Source: Eledone cirrhosa (lineage: Eukaryota). From it: a stretch of 64,000 bases of DNA. This document shows, piece by piece, positions 63,331-64,000 of this stretch. The notes beneath the pieces were generated by a model, which saw only the letters and a list, made by a program, of their open reading frames with translations, did not search any database and had not been told where the DNA came from. The DNA lies in NCBI GenBank assembly GCA_964016885.1, contig OZ024741.1, positions 93,372,001 through 93,436,000 on the forward strand, written 5' to 3'. The position numbers and the translations under genes were made by a program. Each line of letters starts with the position of its first letter. Positions within the stretch are counted from its first letter, which is position 1.

Positions 63331-63589
63331 GAAACAAACCTGTAGAGGACACTAGTCTATACCAATCTTCTCCCTACCCCTCTCCAGTCTGAATACCCCC
63401 TAACCAGCTAAATATCCTACTCACCTCGGCCATGTCCAATTTGCTTACTCATTTCTCCCTGCCCAACCTTCATTCTTCATCCCTGATACACCTTTCCTGC
63501 CCAACCCATGCATGCATACAAGCAAGGAAAGTTGGACACACTTCACATGTCTGATGTCCCATAATGCTACTGCCACGATAAACAAGCAA

Positions 63590-63995
63590 TAAGTCCACCT
63601 TGTATGATCTACCCTGTAAGGTGGTTTTACTTGTAACATAAGAGGCAGTGCCCAATCCACTCTGTGAGGTGGTCATGCTGGTAACACGACATGAAGCAGC
63701 ATCCAGTATATCCTTCAAGGTGGTCATGTTAGTGACTGGAGAAAAAAAACACCTAGTAAGGTGGTCATGCTGATGACACGACAAAAAATCCCCAGTCCAT
63801 CCTGTAACGTGGTCATGCTGGTGATATGCAAAAAAGCCCCCAATCCACCCTGTTAGGTGATTGTGTTGGTAACACGAATAAAGCACCCAGTCCAGCCTGT
63901 AAGGTAGTTATGCTGGTAATATGACAAAAGGCTGTACCCAATCCACTCTGTAAGGTGGTCGTGTTAGTGCCGTACGAGGCTCCCAGTTCACCCTG
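63590..63995 (+). repeat. Degenerate ~48-bp tandem array in an RTE 3' UTR
   Basis: Units like CCAGTCCACCCTGTAAGGTGGTCATGCTGGTAACACGACAAAAAAGCA. Confidence 0.75.
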
Positions 63996-64000
63996 CATAG

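Overview
Repeat-rich, AT-rich animal DNA. The SINE and RTE families suggest an octopus or other coleoid cephalopod (inferred from recalled families, not searched). The clear host gene is the 3' half of mitochondrial D-lactate dehydrogenase (LDHD) on the minus strand, with exons at 61734-61827, 60654-60782, 46574-46701, 43357-43447, 35240-35351 or 35090-35201, and 32269-32443, all splice phases compatible. Main result: the active-site exon (GHVGDGNxH) is present as two intact but divergent 112-nt copies separated by only 38 nt, the architecture of sterically enforced mutually exclusive exons. Also present: tRNA-Ser(GCT); a tentative second minus-strand gene built from tiny exons; a full-length Helitron with a decayed RepHel; a nested non-autonomous Helitron; piggyBac, Tc1/mariner, Penelope-like, Tx1/L1 and CRE elements; several RTE LINEs, one a single stop codon from intact and two forming a ~3 kb intronic inverted pair; a Gypsy element with a -1 frameshift signal and a hairpin in place of a tRNA primer site; a non-autonomous LTR element; and minimal hammerhead ribozymes in Penelope-type terminal repeats. 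Boundaries of decayed elements are approximate.
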